From positions 170,936,001 to 171,000,000 of the forward strand of contig NC_086097.1 of assembly GCF_963921235.1 (NCBI RefSeq): DNA of 64,000 nt. The letters run 5' to 3'. The position numbers were made by a program, and so were the translations under genes. The DNA is from Mobula hypostoma (lineage: Eukaryota). Positions 25,960 to 38,876 of the stretch are shown piece after piece (positions within the stretch are counted from its first letter, which is position 1; each line of letters begins with the position of its first letter). Under the pieces are notes generated by a model, which did no database searches, had not been told where the DNA came from, and was given only the letters and a program-made list of their open reading frames with translations.

Positions 25960-26670
25960 ACTACCTCTCCTTCAACGTCGCAGAAACAAAGCAGCTGGTT
26001 GTGGACTACAAGAGGAATGGAGACAGACTAACCCCTATTGACATCAATGGATCTGGGGTGAACAGCTTGAAATTTCCTGGCATGAAAATCACCGGCTGTG
26101 TGGAGAAAAAGGCACAAGAGCACCTCTTTCACCTCAGATAGTTGAAGAAGTTTAGTATGGACCCCCAAATTCTAAGAACTTTCTACAGGAGATCAACTGA
26201 GATCAGCCTGACTGGCTGCATCACTGTCTGGTATGGGAACTGCACTTCCCTCAATCGCAGGACCCTGCAGAGAGTGGTGCAGGCAGCCCAGTGCATCTGT
26301 AGATGTGAACTTCCCACTATTCAGGACATTTACAAAGACGGGTGTGTAAAAAGGAAGGATCATTGGGGACCCGAGGCACCCCAACCACAAACTGTTCCAG
26401 CTGCTACCATCCGGGAAACGGTACCGCAACGTAAGAGCCAGGGCCAACAAGGTCCGGGACAGTTTCTTCCACCAGGCCATCAGAATGAATAATTCATGCT
26501 GGTACAATTGTATTTCTATGTTATATTGACTGTCCTATTGTACGTACTATTTATTACAAATTACTATAAATTGCACATTGCATATTTAGACGGAGATGTA
26601 ACGTAAAGATTTTTACTCCTTATTTATATGAAGGATGTAAGTAATAAAGTCAATTCAATTCAATTCAATT
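25960..26670 (+). mobile_element. Rex1/Babar LINE 3' end
   Basis: ILRTFYRRSTEISLTGCITVWYGNC; tail aataaagtcaattcaattcaattcaat. Confidence 0.8.
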
Positions 26671-26786
26671 ATCTTTCAACCATACATGAATACAGCCGAA
26701 CAAAAGAGCCTTCCTCTGGAACCGAGGTTGGAAACGAACGCAGCACATTCAAAACAGTGAGCAAAAAAAAGTCACGCAAAAAGAAC

Positions 26787-26811
26787 ATATATATATATAT
26801 ATATATATATA
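26787..26811. repeat. (AT)n microsatellite
   Basis: Perfect AT dinucleotide run. Confidence 0.9.
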
Positions 26812-28666
26812 GCTCAAGTCCCTGAGCGACATGTCCTGCAACTTCTCAGCAGTGCACAAACATATGCATGCAATCCAGCCTGTCATTCCACCAATCGAAC
26901 ACTGGAGGGCAGCACTGATTGGAGAGGCCAGCCACCAACTGAGTACGGATGCCACGCTACACTGCATCTGGCATCTCCTCTCCTGGTCTGCAGCAGCAGG
27001 CAAGCCCTCAGCTTGTGGCCTAGTCCTCAGAACAGCAGAGGACACACAGCTCCCAGTCAGTTTGTCGCACCATGAAACAAGGGAAACAGGTCTGCAGCAT
27101 ATTACATCATCAATGTCCAACAGGGTCTTGCAATCGCATGAGAAATATCCAAGATAAATACACTGCACACTACCTTTGCACACCAACTTTGATGCCTTCA
27201 ATGCCTTGCTACAGAGGCAATATCATGGTCTGCACCCAGTCCAGCACCTCCATCAATGAGGAGCTCACTGATGGGGTACACCTGCAGTATCCGAAGTTCT
27301 TGGAGTCCAGCATTGTCTTACAAACTTACAAGACATTTAACAAAGAAAAAAAAACTCAGGTATAAATCAGGTCCTCAAGTCCTTGCAACATCAATGTAAA
27401 TTTTCTCTGCATTCTTTCAAACTTACTGATATTATTACTGAGGTAGATGACCAGATCTGCGCACGATAACTTAATTTGGCCTCACCAAAGTCTTATACAA
27501 CTTTGATAAAACATTCTTACTCCTGTATTCAAGTTAAAAATGGTAAATTGATAAATTGGTTTATTACTGTCACATGTTCTGACATATAATGTAAAACTTT
27601 ATTTTGCATATCGTCCATGCAGGTCATTTCATCACATCAGTACACTGAGGTGGTTTAAGCAACGTAAGAGGGTAGAATATAGGGTTGCAGTTACAGAGAA
27701 AGTATGATGCGAACAAATAACAAGGTGCAAGACTATTTTGAGTAAGATTATGATGTCAGTAGTCCATCTTATTGTAGAACAGGTCCCAGTATTCTTACAA
27801 CAATCTGGTAGAAGCTGTTCTTGAGCCTGGTTATAAGTGCTTCAAAGATTTTGTACCTTCTGCTTGATGGGTAGAGGGAGAAGTCAGAATGATTGGGGTG
27901 GGAACAGGTCACTGGTAATGCTGGGTACTTTACTGAGGCAGCAAGAAGCGTAGACAGAGACCAAGGAGGGGAGGCAGTTTCCTGTGATGTGCTGGGCGGT
28001 GTACACAACTCTTTACACTTTCTTGCAGTCTCAGGTAGAACAATTGTCATACTAAGTCAAATATGGAGCGTCTCTAAAAATTGTAGTGGTTTATTGGAAA
28101 CATGCTGAATTTCTTTACACTCCTGAGGAAATAGAGTGGTCAGTTTTGTGGGCTGGGTCAGCTTCAAATGCTCATGGAAATCCAATATAAACTGAACGCA
28201 AGTTTTCTGGAAATTTCCCAATCCGTTTTGTTAGTTTGCAACAAAATCAAGCAGGTTAGACCATAAGACCATAAGACATAGTAGCAGAATTAGGCCACTT
28301 GGCCCATTAACCCTGCTCCGCCATTCCATCATGCATGATTTATTATCCTTCTCAACCTCATTCTCATACCTTCTCCCCCTAACCTTTGACACACACACTA
28401 ATCAAGAACCTATCAACCTCCACTTTAATTATACCCCATGACTTGACCTCCAGAGCCGCCTGTGGCAATGAATTCCACGGATTTACTACCACGTGGCTAA
28501 AGAAATCAATGTTCTAAATGGACATCCCTCTGATCTGAGGCTGTGTGCTCTGGTCTTAGATTCACCATTGTTACAGTGGTCTGATTTTGGATCAATAGAC
28601 TCGGGCAAGAATAGACTTGGACAAGCACAGGCAGAGGATCTTTTAGTACATAGCTAGTGAGCTGAG

Positions 28667-28866
28667 AATGGGTCCAGAGTTAGTGGTATGTTCCTCGTGT
28701 GACATGTGGGAAACTTGAGAGACCTCCAGTCTCCCTGATAACTGCATCTGCACAAAGTGCACAGAGCTGCGACTCTTTAGAGACTATGTTAAGGAACTGG
28801 ATCTGCTGCTCAATGTCCTTTGGCCCATATAGGAAAATGAAGAGGGGATATATAGGAGCTACAGGG
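28667..28866 (+). mobile_element. CR1 ORF1 N-terminal remnant (zinc finger plus leucine-zipper-like segment)
   Basis: MGPELVVCSSCDMWET*ETSSLPDNCICTKCTELRLFRDYVKELDLLL: a CxxC...CxxC pattern followed by leucine-rich heptads. Confidence 0.6.
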
Positions 28867-30385
28867 ATACCAAGTCTCATCAAACTCCTGATGAAGTATA
28901 GCAACAGGCATACCTTTGTCATGATTGTATCAATATGTTATGCCCAGGATAGATCCTCTGCGATGACAACCTCCAGGAAGTTGAAACTGCTCACCCTTTC
29001 CACAGCTGACCCTTCAATAAGGGTTGTTATGTGCTCTCTCGACTCCCCCTTCCTGAATTCCACATCAGCTCCTTGGTCTTGCTGATGCCAAGTGCCAGGT
29101 TTTTGCTATGAGATATATTTCCAAGTCTGGATGATATAAGTCTTGATGGGGAACATGCAAGTGGTGGGATTCTCACAAATCTGTTGCTCCTCATCCAGTA
29201 GGTTATGGCTGTTGTGGGTATGGGGTGGGTAGCTGTGAGTAAATGTAAGCAGGTGAACAATTGCAGATGAGACACATTGCACCCACAGTGGAGGGTACAG
29301 CTGCTTTGATTACAATTAAATAGTACAACTTATTCTCAGATGTTCAGACCTAGAGGTGACTGCTCTTGCTGAAAACTGGTGCAATAGTAGTTGGCAGATC
29401 ATGGAATTAATCACACTCTGTTGGGAGGAATCCAATTTCAATGCCCACATTCTTCCAGAGAGCAAACATAATCCAACTTGGAGATCAATCTTTTTTTTTG
29501 CAAGTTACATTAACAGGAAATATATTAGTTCCTGGCCAAGGTATGTTCTCCCTGACAAAAATTAGCAAAGTGATTTACCAGTCTGGGAAAAAAAATGGTT
29601 AACCTCAGAGTGCCAGATTCTTTCTTCAATGTCAGCAAGTTCAACTCAGTATTATGAAAAAAATTGCTCTGGTTTGAGCAGATGGAATGGAAGTATTTGA
29701 AAGGAGCTTTAAACAACTACTTAACTTTCAGTCAATAAAAATATGAAGGGACCTAATTATAGGGAGAGGTTGGGCAGGCTAGGACTTTACTCCTTGGAGT
29801 GTGTGAGATAGAAAGATAATCTGATCGAGCTGTTCAAGATCATGAGGAGCAGAGAATGCGTGAATGAACAGAATCTTTTCCCCACAGTTGTGAGATCAAA
29901 AACTAGAGCGATTAGGTTTAAGGTGAAAGAGGAGGAATTTACCAGGAACCTGAGGGGCAAATTTTACACACAGAAGGTGGTGCATATATGAAACAAGCTT
30001 CCAGAGGATGTAGTTGAGAGAGATACAGTAACAAAATCTAAATGACATTTGGACAACTACGTGGATAAGTCATCAAATTAGTCAGTTCCATCTTGGGTAC
30101 TAACCTCCGCAGTACCCAAGACATCTTCAAGGAGTGGTACCTCAGGAAGGTGGCATCCTTTATTAAGGACTCTCATCACCCAAGGCATGACCTCTTCTCA
30201 TTGTTACTGTCAGGAAGGAGGTACAGAAGCCTGAAGGCACACTCAGTGATTCAGGAACAGCTTCTTCCCCTCTGCCATACGGTTCCTAAATGGACATTGA
30301 ACCCATGAACACTACCTCACTTTTTTAATATATATTAGTGCAAAAAACAGAAATATTTTTAATCTATTCAATATATATGCACACA

Positions 30386-31975
30386 CAGTTCCTATAAAAA
30401 GTACTCGCCCCCCGAAAGTTTTTATGTTTTATTGTTGCAGCATTGAATCACAGTGGATTTAATTTGGCATTTTTTTTACACTGATCAACAGAAAATGATT
30501 CTTTTGTGTCAAAGTGATAACAATCTCAACAAAGTGATCTAAATTAATTTCGAATATAAAACACAAAATAATTGATGGCATAAGTATTCATCGGCTTTAA
30601 TATGACATGCCAAATCATCACTGGAGCAGACAATTGGTTTTAGAAGTAGATAATTGGTTAAATGGAGATCACCTGTGTGCAGTCAAGGTGATTTAATTGA
30701 TTGTGGTAAAAATAAGCCTGGATCTGGAAGGGCTAACTGTTGGTGAGTTGGTATCCTGGCAAAAACTACACCATGAAGACAAGCAAACAAACACTCCAAG
30801 CAACTCCATGAAAAAGTTTTTGAAAAGCACAAGGCAGGAGATGGATACAACAAAATTTTCTAGTTACAGAATGTCCCTTGGAGTGCAGTTAGGTCAATTA
30901 TCAAGAAATAGAAAGAATATGGCACAGCTGTTGTCTGCCTGGAGCAGGCCGTCCTCAGAAACTGAGTGACTGTGTAGGAAAGGGATTAGTGAGGGAGGCC
31001 ACCAAAAGACCTATGACAACTCTGGAAGAGTTACAAGCTTCAGTGGCTGAGATGGGAGAGACTGTGCATCTAAGAACTGTTGCCCGGGTGCTTCACCAGT
31101 TTCAACTTTATGGGTGACCAGCAAAAAGAAAGCCACTGTTGGAAAAAAAAACACTCACATGAAATCGCAGCTATAGTTTGCTAGAAGGCATGTGGGAGAT
31201 TGTGAAGTCAGCTGGAAGAAGGTTTTATGTTCTGATTAAACCAAAATTGAGCTTTTTGGCCATCAGACTAAATGCTATGTTTGGCAGAAGCCAAACACAG
31301 CACATCATCAAAAACTCACTATCCCTACCGTGAAGCAAGGTGGTGTGGGAATGCTTCACTGCAGCAGGCCCTGGAAGGCTTGTGAAGATAAAGGGTAAAA
31401 TAAATGCAGTAAAATACAGGGAAAGCCTGGACAAAAACCTGATGCAGTTTGCAAGAAAACTGCAACTTGGGAGAAGATTTGACCCCAAGCATCAAGACAA
31501 AGCTACACAGGAATGGCTTAAAAACAACAAAGGTAATGTCCTGGAGTGACCAAGTCAGAGTCCAGACCTCAATCCAAGGGAGAATTTGTGGTTGGACTTG
31601 AAAAGGGCTGTTCGCTCACGATCGTCGTGGAATTTGACAGATCCTGAGCAGTTTTGTGAAGAAGAATGGAGAATAATGCAGTGTCCAGATATGCAAAGCT
31701 GATAGAGACCTATCCACACAGACTCAAGGCTGTAATTGCTGCCAAAGTTGTATCTACTAAATACTGACTTGAAGGGGGTGAGTAATTTTGGAATCAATTA
31801 TTTTGTGTTTTATATTTATAATTAATTTAGATCACGTTGTTGAGATCTGTTTTCACTTTGACACGAAGAAGTTGTTTTCTCTTGATCAGTGTCATAAAAG
31901 CCAAATTAAATCCACTGAGATTCAATGTTGTAAAACACAAACTTCCAAGGGGGTAAATACTTTTTCTAGGCACTG
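30386..31975 (+). mobile_element. Near full-length Tc1-like DNA transposon with about 210-bp TIRs and a decayed transposase
   Basis: The left end CAGTT...(30386-30600) is an inverted repeat of the right end (about 31768-31975) ending CACTG|TA. Transposase runs from ATG 30773 to TKY* at 31767 with KKVLCSD*TKIELFG, VWECFTAAGPGRLVKIKGKINAVKY and [14 protein letters not shown]; multiple frameshifts. Inserted in a Rex1 3' UTR (30070-30385 and 31976-32095). Confidence 0.92.
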
Positions 31976-32229
31976 TACCTATGGTTATTTATTTATTTAT
32001 TTTTCTTTTCTATATTACCATGTATTGCATCAAACTGCTGCCACTAAGTTAATAAATGCCACGAGACATGCTAATGATAATAAACTTGATTCTGATAGGA
32101 AAGAGTTGGAAGGATGTGTACCAATCACAGGCAGCGTAGACCAGCTGAGACAGGCATCTTGTTTGGCATGGATGAGCTGTGATGTTGATGATGATTGAAA
32201 ATCAATGACTTGAAGAGACAGTTCAGATC

Positions 32230-34626
32230 GTCATGTGATGGAAAAGTATAGTGATTATACTCACATTTATACGGATGGTGCAAAGGAACCTGAAACAGGA
32301 GTGACAGGGTTTGGGGTGGTAATACCAGCAAAAGAAATTGGAATCAGCAGAAGAACATCTAATAAGTTAGGGGTGTTTACAGTGGAGATGCTGGCAGTGT
32401 TGGTTGCGTTGCAATGGGTGCAGAAAGCCAGACAAGCCAAAGCATTGATATGTTCAGATTCATCCTCAGTTCTAGCAAGTTTAAGGTCTTTTCACACAAA
32501 CAGTCAGCAAGATGTACTTTATGAAGTCCTTCAGTTAGTTACAATAATTGCAAATCAGGGAGGTCAGGTAAAATTTCTATGGGTTCCAGCACATGTAGGG
32601 GTGAAGGGGTATGAGAGGGTGGATGAGTTGGCAAGGAGGGCGTTAAAGAAAGAAAATGTGGAAATGCACATTAGTATCAGTAAAGCAGAGGTTAAGTGTG
32701 TAATCTAGGAAAAAGTCAACCGAATGTGGCAAGAAAGATAGGACAGGGAGGGGAAAGGGAGGCATTTATATCAAATACAAAAGAGTGTTGCAGTTACTAG
32801 GGTAGGTAATGGAAACAGAAGAGAGGAAATTGTGTGGACTAGGTTAAGGCTGGGGCATTGTGCATTAAACAAAACATTGAAAATGATAGGGAAACACCAG
32901 ACAGGATTGTGTGAGGAATGTCAGGAAGAGGAGTCAGTAGAACATGTAGTTCTGAGTTGCAGGAAATATGGGATACAGAGAGAGATGATGAGAAATAAAT
33001 TAAGGGAGTTGGGGATGCAGGAATTCACATTAAAAGGGTTGCTGGGCATGGGTGAGAGAGCACAAGTCCTGGTATTTTTAGCGTTTTTAAGGAGTACAGG
33101 GGTTTTTTATAGAATATGACGAATAAACAGGAATAGGATGGATGGTCAAAGATGGGAGGGTGGTGTAGGTTTGTATATATATATGTGTGTGTGTGTATAT
33201 ATGTATATGTGCGTGTGTGTGCGTGCGTATGTGTGTGCGTGCGTATGTGTGTGCGTGCGTGTGTGTGTGCGTGCGTATATATGTGTGTGCGTGCGTATAT
33301 ATGTGTGTGTATGTGTATGTATATATATGTATGTGTATGTATATATGTGTATGTGTGTGTGTATGTGTGTGCGTGCGTGTGTGCGTGCGTGTGTGCGTGC
33401 GTGTGTGCGTGCGTGTGTATATATGTATGTGTATATATATGTAGATGTGTATATATGTATGTGTGTGTATATATATGTATATGTGTATATATGTATGTGT
33501 ATGTATATATATGTATGTGTATGTATATGTATGTGTATGTATATGTGTATGTATATGTGTATGTATATGTGTATATATGTATATGTGTATGTATATGTGT
33601 ATATATGTATATGTGTATATGTGTATGTGTGTGTATATATGTATGTGTGTGTATATATGTATATGTATGTGTATGTATATGTGTATATATGTATATGTGT
33701 ATGTATATGTGTATATATGTATATGTGTATATGTGTATGTGTGTGTATATATGTATGTGTGTGTATATATGTATATGTATGTGTGTGTATATGTGTGTGT
33801 ATGTATATGTATGTGTATGTATATGTATGTGTATGTATATGTATGTGTGTGTGTGTATATGTATGTGTGTGTGTGTATATGTATGTGTGTGTGTGTATAT
33901 ATGTGTGTGTATGTGTATATATGTGTGTGTATGTGTATATATGTGTATGTATGTGTGTGTATGTGTATGTATGTGTATGTATGTGTATGTATGTGTATGT
34001 ATGTGTATGTATATGTATGTATGTGTGTGTGTATATGTATATGTGTGTGCGTGCGTATGTGTGTGTGTGCGTGCGTGTGTGCGTGTATGTGTGTGTGCGT
34101 GTATGTGTGTGTGTATATATGTGTGTGTATATGTATGTATGTGTGTGTATATATGTATATGTGTGTATATATGTGTATGTGTGTATATGTATGTGTATGT
34201 GTGTGTATATATGTGTATGTATGTGTATATGTATGTGTATGTATATGTATGTATGTGTATGTATGTGTGTGTGTGTATATGTATGTGTGTGTGTGTATAT
34301 GTATGTGTGTGTGTATATATGTGTGTGTATATGTGTGTGTATGTATGTGTATATATGTATATGTGTATGTATGTGTGTGTATGTATATGTGTGTATATGT
34401 ATGTGTGTGTATATGTGTGTATACGTGTATATGTATGTATACGTGTGTATGTATATATGTATATGTATATATAAAATGTATATGTATGTATATGTGTGCG
34501 CGTGCGCGCGATTGGGTGAAGGGATTTAGAATGTATGTTTAGTGCACATTCTGGAGCAGAGGGTGGCGGTAATGCACCATTAAGCTGGATGCCAACCGCC
34601 GTAAAACAAGATACAGACAGACAGAC
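32230..34626 (+). mobile_element. Nimb/I-clade LINE 3' portion: RNase H, C-terminal zinc knuckle and a 3' UTR with an expanded microsatellite
   Basis: IYTDGAK...EMLAVLVAL...ICSDSSS...FLWVPAHVGVKGYERVDELA (RNase H) and TRLRLGH...CEECQEEESVEHVVLSC. One frame 32235-33119 with two TAG stops. 3' end ggtggcggtaatgcacc...accgccgtaaaac plus an (ACAG)n tail; near-TSD AGACAGTTYAGATC at 32216-32229 and 34627-34640. Confidence 0.88.
33172..34510. repeat. About 1.3-kb compound (TG/TA/CG)n microsatellite
   Basis: Almost uninterrupted alternating pyrimidine-purine sequence. Confidence 0.97.
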
Positions 34627-34754
34627 AGACAGTTTAGATCTTGCATCTTGTATAGATTCCCTTTAGGAACAGAAACCACACAGGTAAATAAATTTAATTG
34701 TGCTAAAATGAGTTAAAGTTTGTATTGGATTAATGAAAAGGCTTGTAATGTAGT

Positions 34755-35191
34755 CATAGTCATACTTTATTAATTCCTGGGGAAACTGGTTTTTGTTACA
34801 GTTGTTCCATAAGTAATAAATAGTAATAGAACCATAAATAGTTAAATAGTAATTCGTAAATTATGCCAGGAAATAAGTCCAGGACCAGCCTATTGGCTCT
34901 GGATGTCTGACCCTCCAAGGGTGGAGTTGTAAAGTTTGATGGCCACAGGCAGGAATGACTTCCTATGACGCTCAGTGCTGCATCTCAGTGGAATGAGTCT
35001 CTGGCTGAATGTACTCCTGTGTCCACCCAGTACATTATGTAGTGGATGGGAGATATTGACCAAGATGGCATGCAACTTAGAAAGCATCCTTTTTTCAGAC
35101 AACACCGTGAGAGAGTCCAGTTCCATCCCCACAACATCACTGGCCTTACAAATGAAGTTCCATCCCCACAACATCACTGGCCTTACAAATG
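34755..35191 (-). mobile_element. Rex1/Babar 3' fragment with a 36-bp tandem duplication at its 5' junction
   Basis: RMLSKLHAILVNISHPLHNVL...TERHRKSFLPVAIKLYN; agttccatccccacaacatcactggccttacaaatg at 35119-35154 and 35156-35191. Confidence 0.8.
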
Positions 35192-36202
35192 CCAAAGTGA
35201 ACATTAAGTTTGAGGAATTTAAAATTGTATGAAGGAGTAAGAAATTGATAGAGGGAATATGGGATCCAACAAGGGACAAAACAATTGATTGTAAATGTCT
35301 CTTTAGATATGTGAAGGTATGTGGCTTGTATAGGAGTTTGATGGAGAGTCAGCAAGCCTCAAAGAATATCTGGTGACTTGCAACTGCCCTCTGAAATAGA
35401 CCAGCAAATGTCTCAATTCAAGGGATGGATACTAAATATCGGCCCTGCCGTTATACCCAGGGAGAAAAAAGAAAAGGATCCTTTATTTTTAAATTTCCAT
35501 TTGTGTTATATAGGGAATTAGGGGTCCAATGAAAAGGTGGAATTTAAGATATTAATAGTAAGGATGTAGCACTGGAGAGATTAATGGGACAAAAAGATGA
35601 CAGCTCCCCTGGACCTGATGGCCTACATCTTAGAGTTTTAAAGGAGGCAGTCACTGAGATGGTTGATGCATTGATTCTAATCTATTGAATTCCCTGGGAC
35701 TGAGAATGATCCCCACAGACTAGAAGGTAACATATGCAACCCTGTAGTTGTTGAAAAGAAGAAGAGCTTGACGTTAGTAGAGAGAACAGAATTTATTATT
35801 AGTCTCATTGTAAGAGCGAATAAAGAAAATCATGATATGTGGCAGAGTCGGCATGAAATTGTGAAAGAGGATTCTATTACACATATCTAATTGATTAGTT
35901 TATTATTGTCTCTTGGACAAAGATTTAGTGGAAAGCTTTTGTTTGCATGGCATTTAGGCGGATCATGCCATACATTAGTATGTCAAAGTAATGCTGTTGG
36001 CCAGAAGGGATGACAGTCTATAAATTAGTGGATTTGAATGAATCAACGTCAGGGAAGCACTCAAACCAGTTGTCTTTGTTTCACCACCACCCCCATTTTG
36101 TGAATTCTGAACTTTCTTTTATGGACTTTGTTTCTCCCACCCCCCCCCACCCGTTTTGAGAACAGATTCTAAATGTGAGACCATTCTCAGGTTTAGTCCT
36201 GC

Positions 36203-36302
36203 TAGTCCTGACGAAGGGTCTCAGCCTGAAACATCGACTGTACCTCTTCCTAGAGATGCTGCCTGGCCTGCTGCGTTCACTAGCAACTTTGATGTGTGTT
36301 GC
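36203..36302 (+). mobile_element. Short Penelope terminal-repeat copy beginning with the hammerhead motif
   Basis: tagtc-CTGACGA-agggtctcagcct-GAAACATC-gactg (36203-36240) with stem I AGTC/GACT, followed by the family tail. Confidence 0.8.
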
Positions 36303-36581
36303 CTGTAATCCTGTTAGACTCTGTCTGGATTGCCTAGTTTAATTGATTTGGATAAATCAAAGTTGAAACAACACAAGTAGACAAGGCTGGGTTGGGGTGG
36401 GGGGTGGGGGGGACAGTAGAACCATGAAACAATGTTAGTTGTAACCTTGGACTAGGACCAAAAAGAAGGTAACCCAGGTAGGACAGGTGACTTGAGCTAA
36501 TGGTTCAAATGATTATTATCAAAGTATACAACTCAGTTCTCTGGGTAGCAATGAAACTAAGAACAAAAAGAAAGGGAGCTC

Positions 36582-36914
36582 GATCATCAACCCCAAAAAT
36601 CCCACCTCCCTGCAAAAAAAACATGAACAAGAATGAAACAAGTGCATCAACCCCAAAATATCCCCTCCCACACAAGAACTGTGCAAAATAGATCAACCAC
36701 ATCAACCCCCAAATCCCTCCTCCCGCACAAAAAAACGAGCAAAATGGATCGGGCAGATCAACTCCCTCCTCCCTCCTCCCACACAAAATAAAAGTGAATA
36801 AAACAGATCAGGCACATCGACCCTCAAATCCTTCTTCCTGCACACAAGAAAAACAAACAAAACAGATCAGGCATATCAACCCCCAATTCTCTCCTCCCTG
36901 CATTAAAAAAACAG
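36582..36914. repeat. Degenerate minisatellite, six units of about 55-60 bp
   Basis: Recurring unit agatc.ggcacatcaacccccaaatccctcctccc.gcacaaaaaaa. Confidence 0.7.
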
Positions 36915-36944
36915 AAGTTGGCTGAAATAACACAGAATATATAA

Positions 36945-37800
36945 AGATTCAAGATTCAAAGATTCAAAAAACTTTATTGTCATTCTAACCGTACATCAGC
37001 TCTGCAGGGCAGAATGAGACAGCGTTTCTCAGGAGCAGTGCAATCATAACATAACTAACGCAACACTAAATAATAAACATAACAATAAGTAGTAAAACAC
37101 AACAGCCACATGTCAGTTAAAATCAAGTTATAAGTGTCCAGTGCAAGTTAAAAGTGTCCAAAGCAGAGTCAGGTCGAGCAGCTATTTAGCAGTCTGACTG
37201 CCTGTGGCAGGAAGCTGTTTAGTAGCCTTGTGGTTTTAGTTTTGATGCTCCTGTAACGTTTGCCTGATGGCAGAAGAACAAACAGTTCATGGAGAGGGTG
37301 TGAGGGGTCTTTAATGATGTACCGTGTCTTCTGGAGGCATCGACTCTGAAAGAGGTCTTGGACAGAAGGTAGGGAGACCCCAATGACCTTCTCTGCTCCC
37401 CTAACCACCCTCTGCAAGGCTTTTTTGTCGACAGCACTGCAGCTGGAGTACCAGGTTGTGATGCAAAAGTCAGCACACTCTCAACCACGCCTCTGTAGAA
37501 TGTAGTTAAGATGTTAGTGGGGAGTGATGCTTGTTTAAGCTTCCTTAGAAACTGCAATCTCTGGTCCCGTTTCACAATCCCAGTGGTGTTCCTGGACCAG
37601 GTGAGATTGTCTGAGGTCTGCACCCCAAGGAACTTGATGATTTCCACTCTCTCCACTGTGGAGTCGCTGATACTGAGAGGTGTGTGCTCTGGCTGAGGCT
37701 GTCTGAAATCGACGATCATCTCCTTGGTTTTGGTGACATTAAGCATCAAGTTGATATCACTGCACCAGCTCTCTAGGTGTTTGACCTCCTCCCTACAAGC
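36945..37800 (-). mobile_element. Rex1/Babar LINE 3' portion
   Basis: WCSDINLMLNVTKTKEMIVDFR, KFLGVQTSDNLTW, FYRGVVESVLT, IIKDPSHPLHELFVLLPSGKRYRS; (GAATCTT)n tail. Confidence 0.88.
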
Positions 37801-38284
37801 CTGAAAAATAGAGTCTATAGTCCAAAGACTGCATCCAAAGCTCAGAAAAACCTGGGACAGCAGCAGGCTCTTCCCTCTCTGGTAAAGATGGGCAACCGGC
37901 ACTTGCCCTCCACACTCACTTTGATGCTTCAATTTCCCTCATCACTTTAATCGGTGAACAATGGGAACTTTAGATGGTGAAATAGAGCCAAACATCAGCT
38001 TGCGCCTTGTCCTGCAGCCTGTCTACCATGAGGTGCGTTCACACTGCATCTGCCTCCTCTCAGACTGCAGAGCACTAAAGCACCCAAACCATCTCCAAAT
38101 AACAAAACACAGGCTCCAGCACTTCCAGAATCACATTCAAGATGAGAAACAATTGTAAAAGACATAAAAGAAGTGGGGAAAAATGGTTTTATGATCTACC
38201 CAGAAGATGTCAATCAAAGGAGCATTGTATGCAGGCTCCATCTTGACCAGAAGGTTGGGGATTCACTAGTTCAACTGATAAAAG

Positions 38285-38870
38285 TCCATAAGACATACAA
38301 GCAGAATTGGGCTATTCAGCCCATTGAGTCTGCTCCATCATGGTTGATCCCAGATCCCATTCAACCCCATATCGCCTTCTCGCTATATCCTTTGATGCCC
38401 TGACCAAGCAGGAAATAATGAACTTCTGCCTTAATTGTACACGTGGTCTGTGGCAGAGCATTCCATGGATTCATAACTCTGGCTAAAAAAAATTCCTTTT
38501 TACCTCTGTTTTAAAAGGCTGCCCCCCAGTTCTGAGGCTGTGCCCTCTAGTTCTGGATACCCCCACCATAGAAAACATCCTCTCCACATGCACCCTTTCT
38601 AGTCCTTTTAACATTCGGTAGGTTTCAGTGAGATCCCCCCCGCCCCCCGCATTCTTCTGATTTCCAGTGAGTACAGGCCCAAAACTATCAAATGCTCCAC
38701 ATATGTTAACCCCTTCATTCCCAGAATCATCCTCCTGGACACTCTCCAATGATGATACATCACTTCTGAGATATGAGGCCCGAAACTGTTGATAATACTC
38801 CAAGTATGGTCTGACTAGTGTCTTATAAATTCTCAGCATTATCTCCTTGTTTTTATATTCTCTTCCCCTT
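38285..38870 (-). mobile_element. CR1 LINE 3' fragment
   Basis: ORF 38483-38839: MLRIYKTLVRPYLEY...SRTRGHSLR. Confidence 0.8.
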
Positions 38871-38876
38871 GTGATA

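Noticed and set aside
33138..34542. Long ORFs of 365-463 aa rich in C, V, Y, M and I
   Set aside because: Artefacts of a dinucleotide microsatellite that lacks stop codons.
36582..36914. Regularly spaced repeats resembling a CRISPR array
   Set aside because: Degenerate whole-unit minisatellite with no unique spacers, no cas genes and a vertebrate context.
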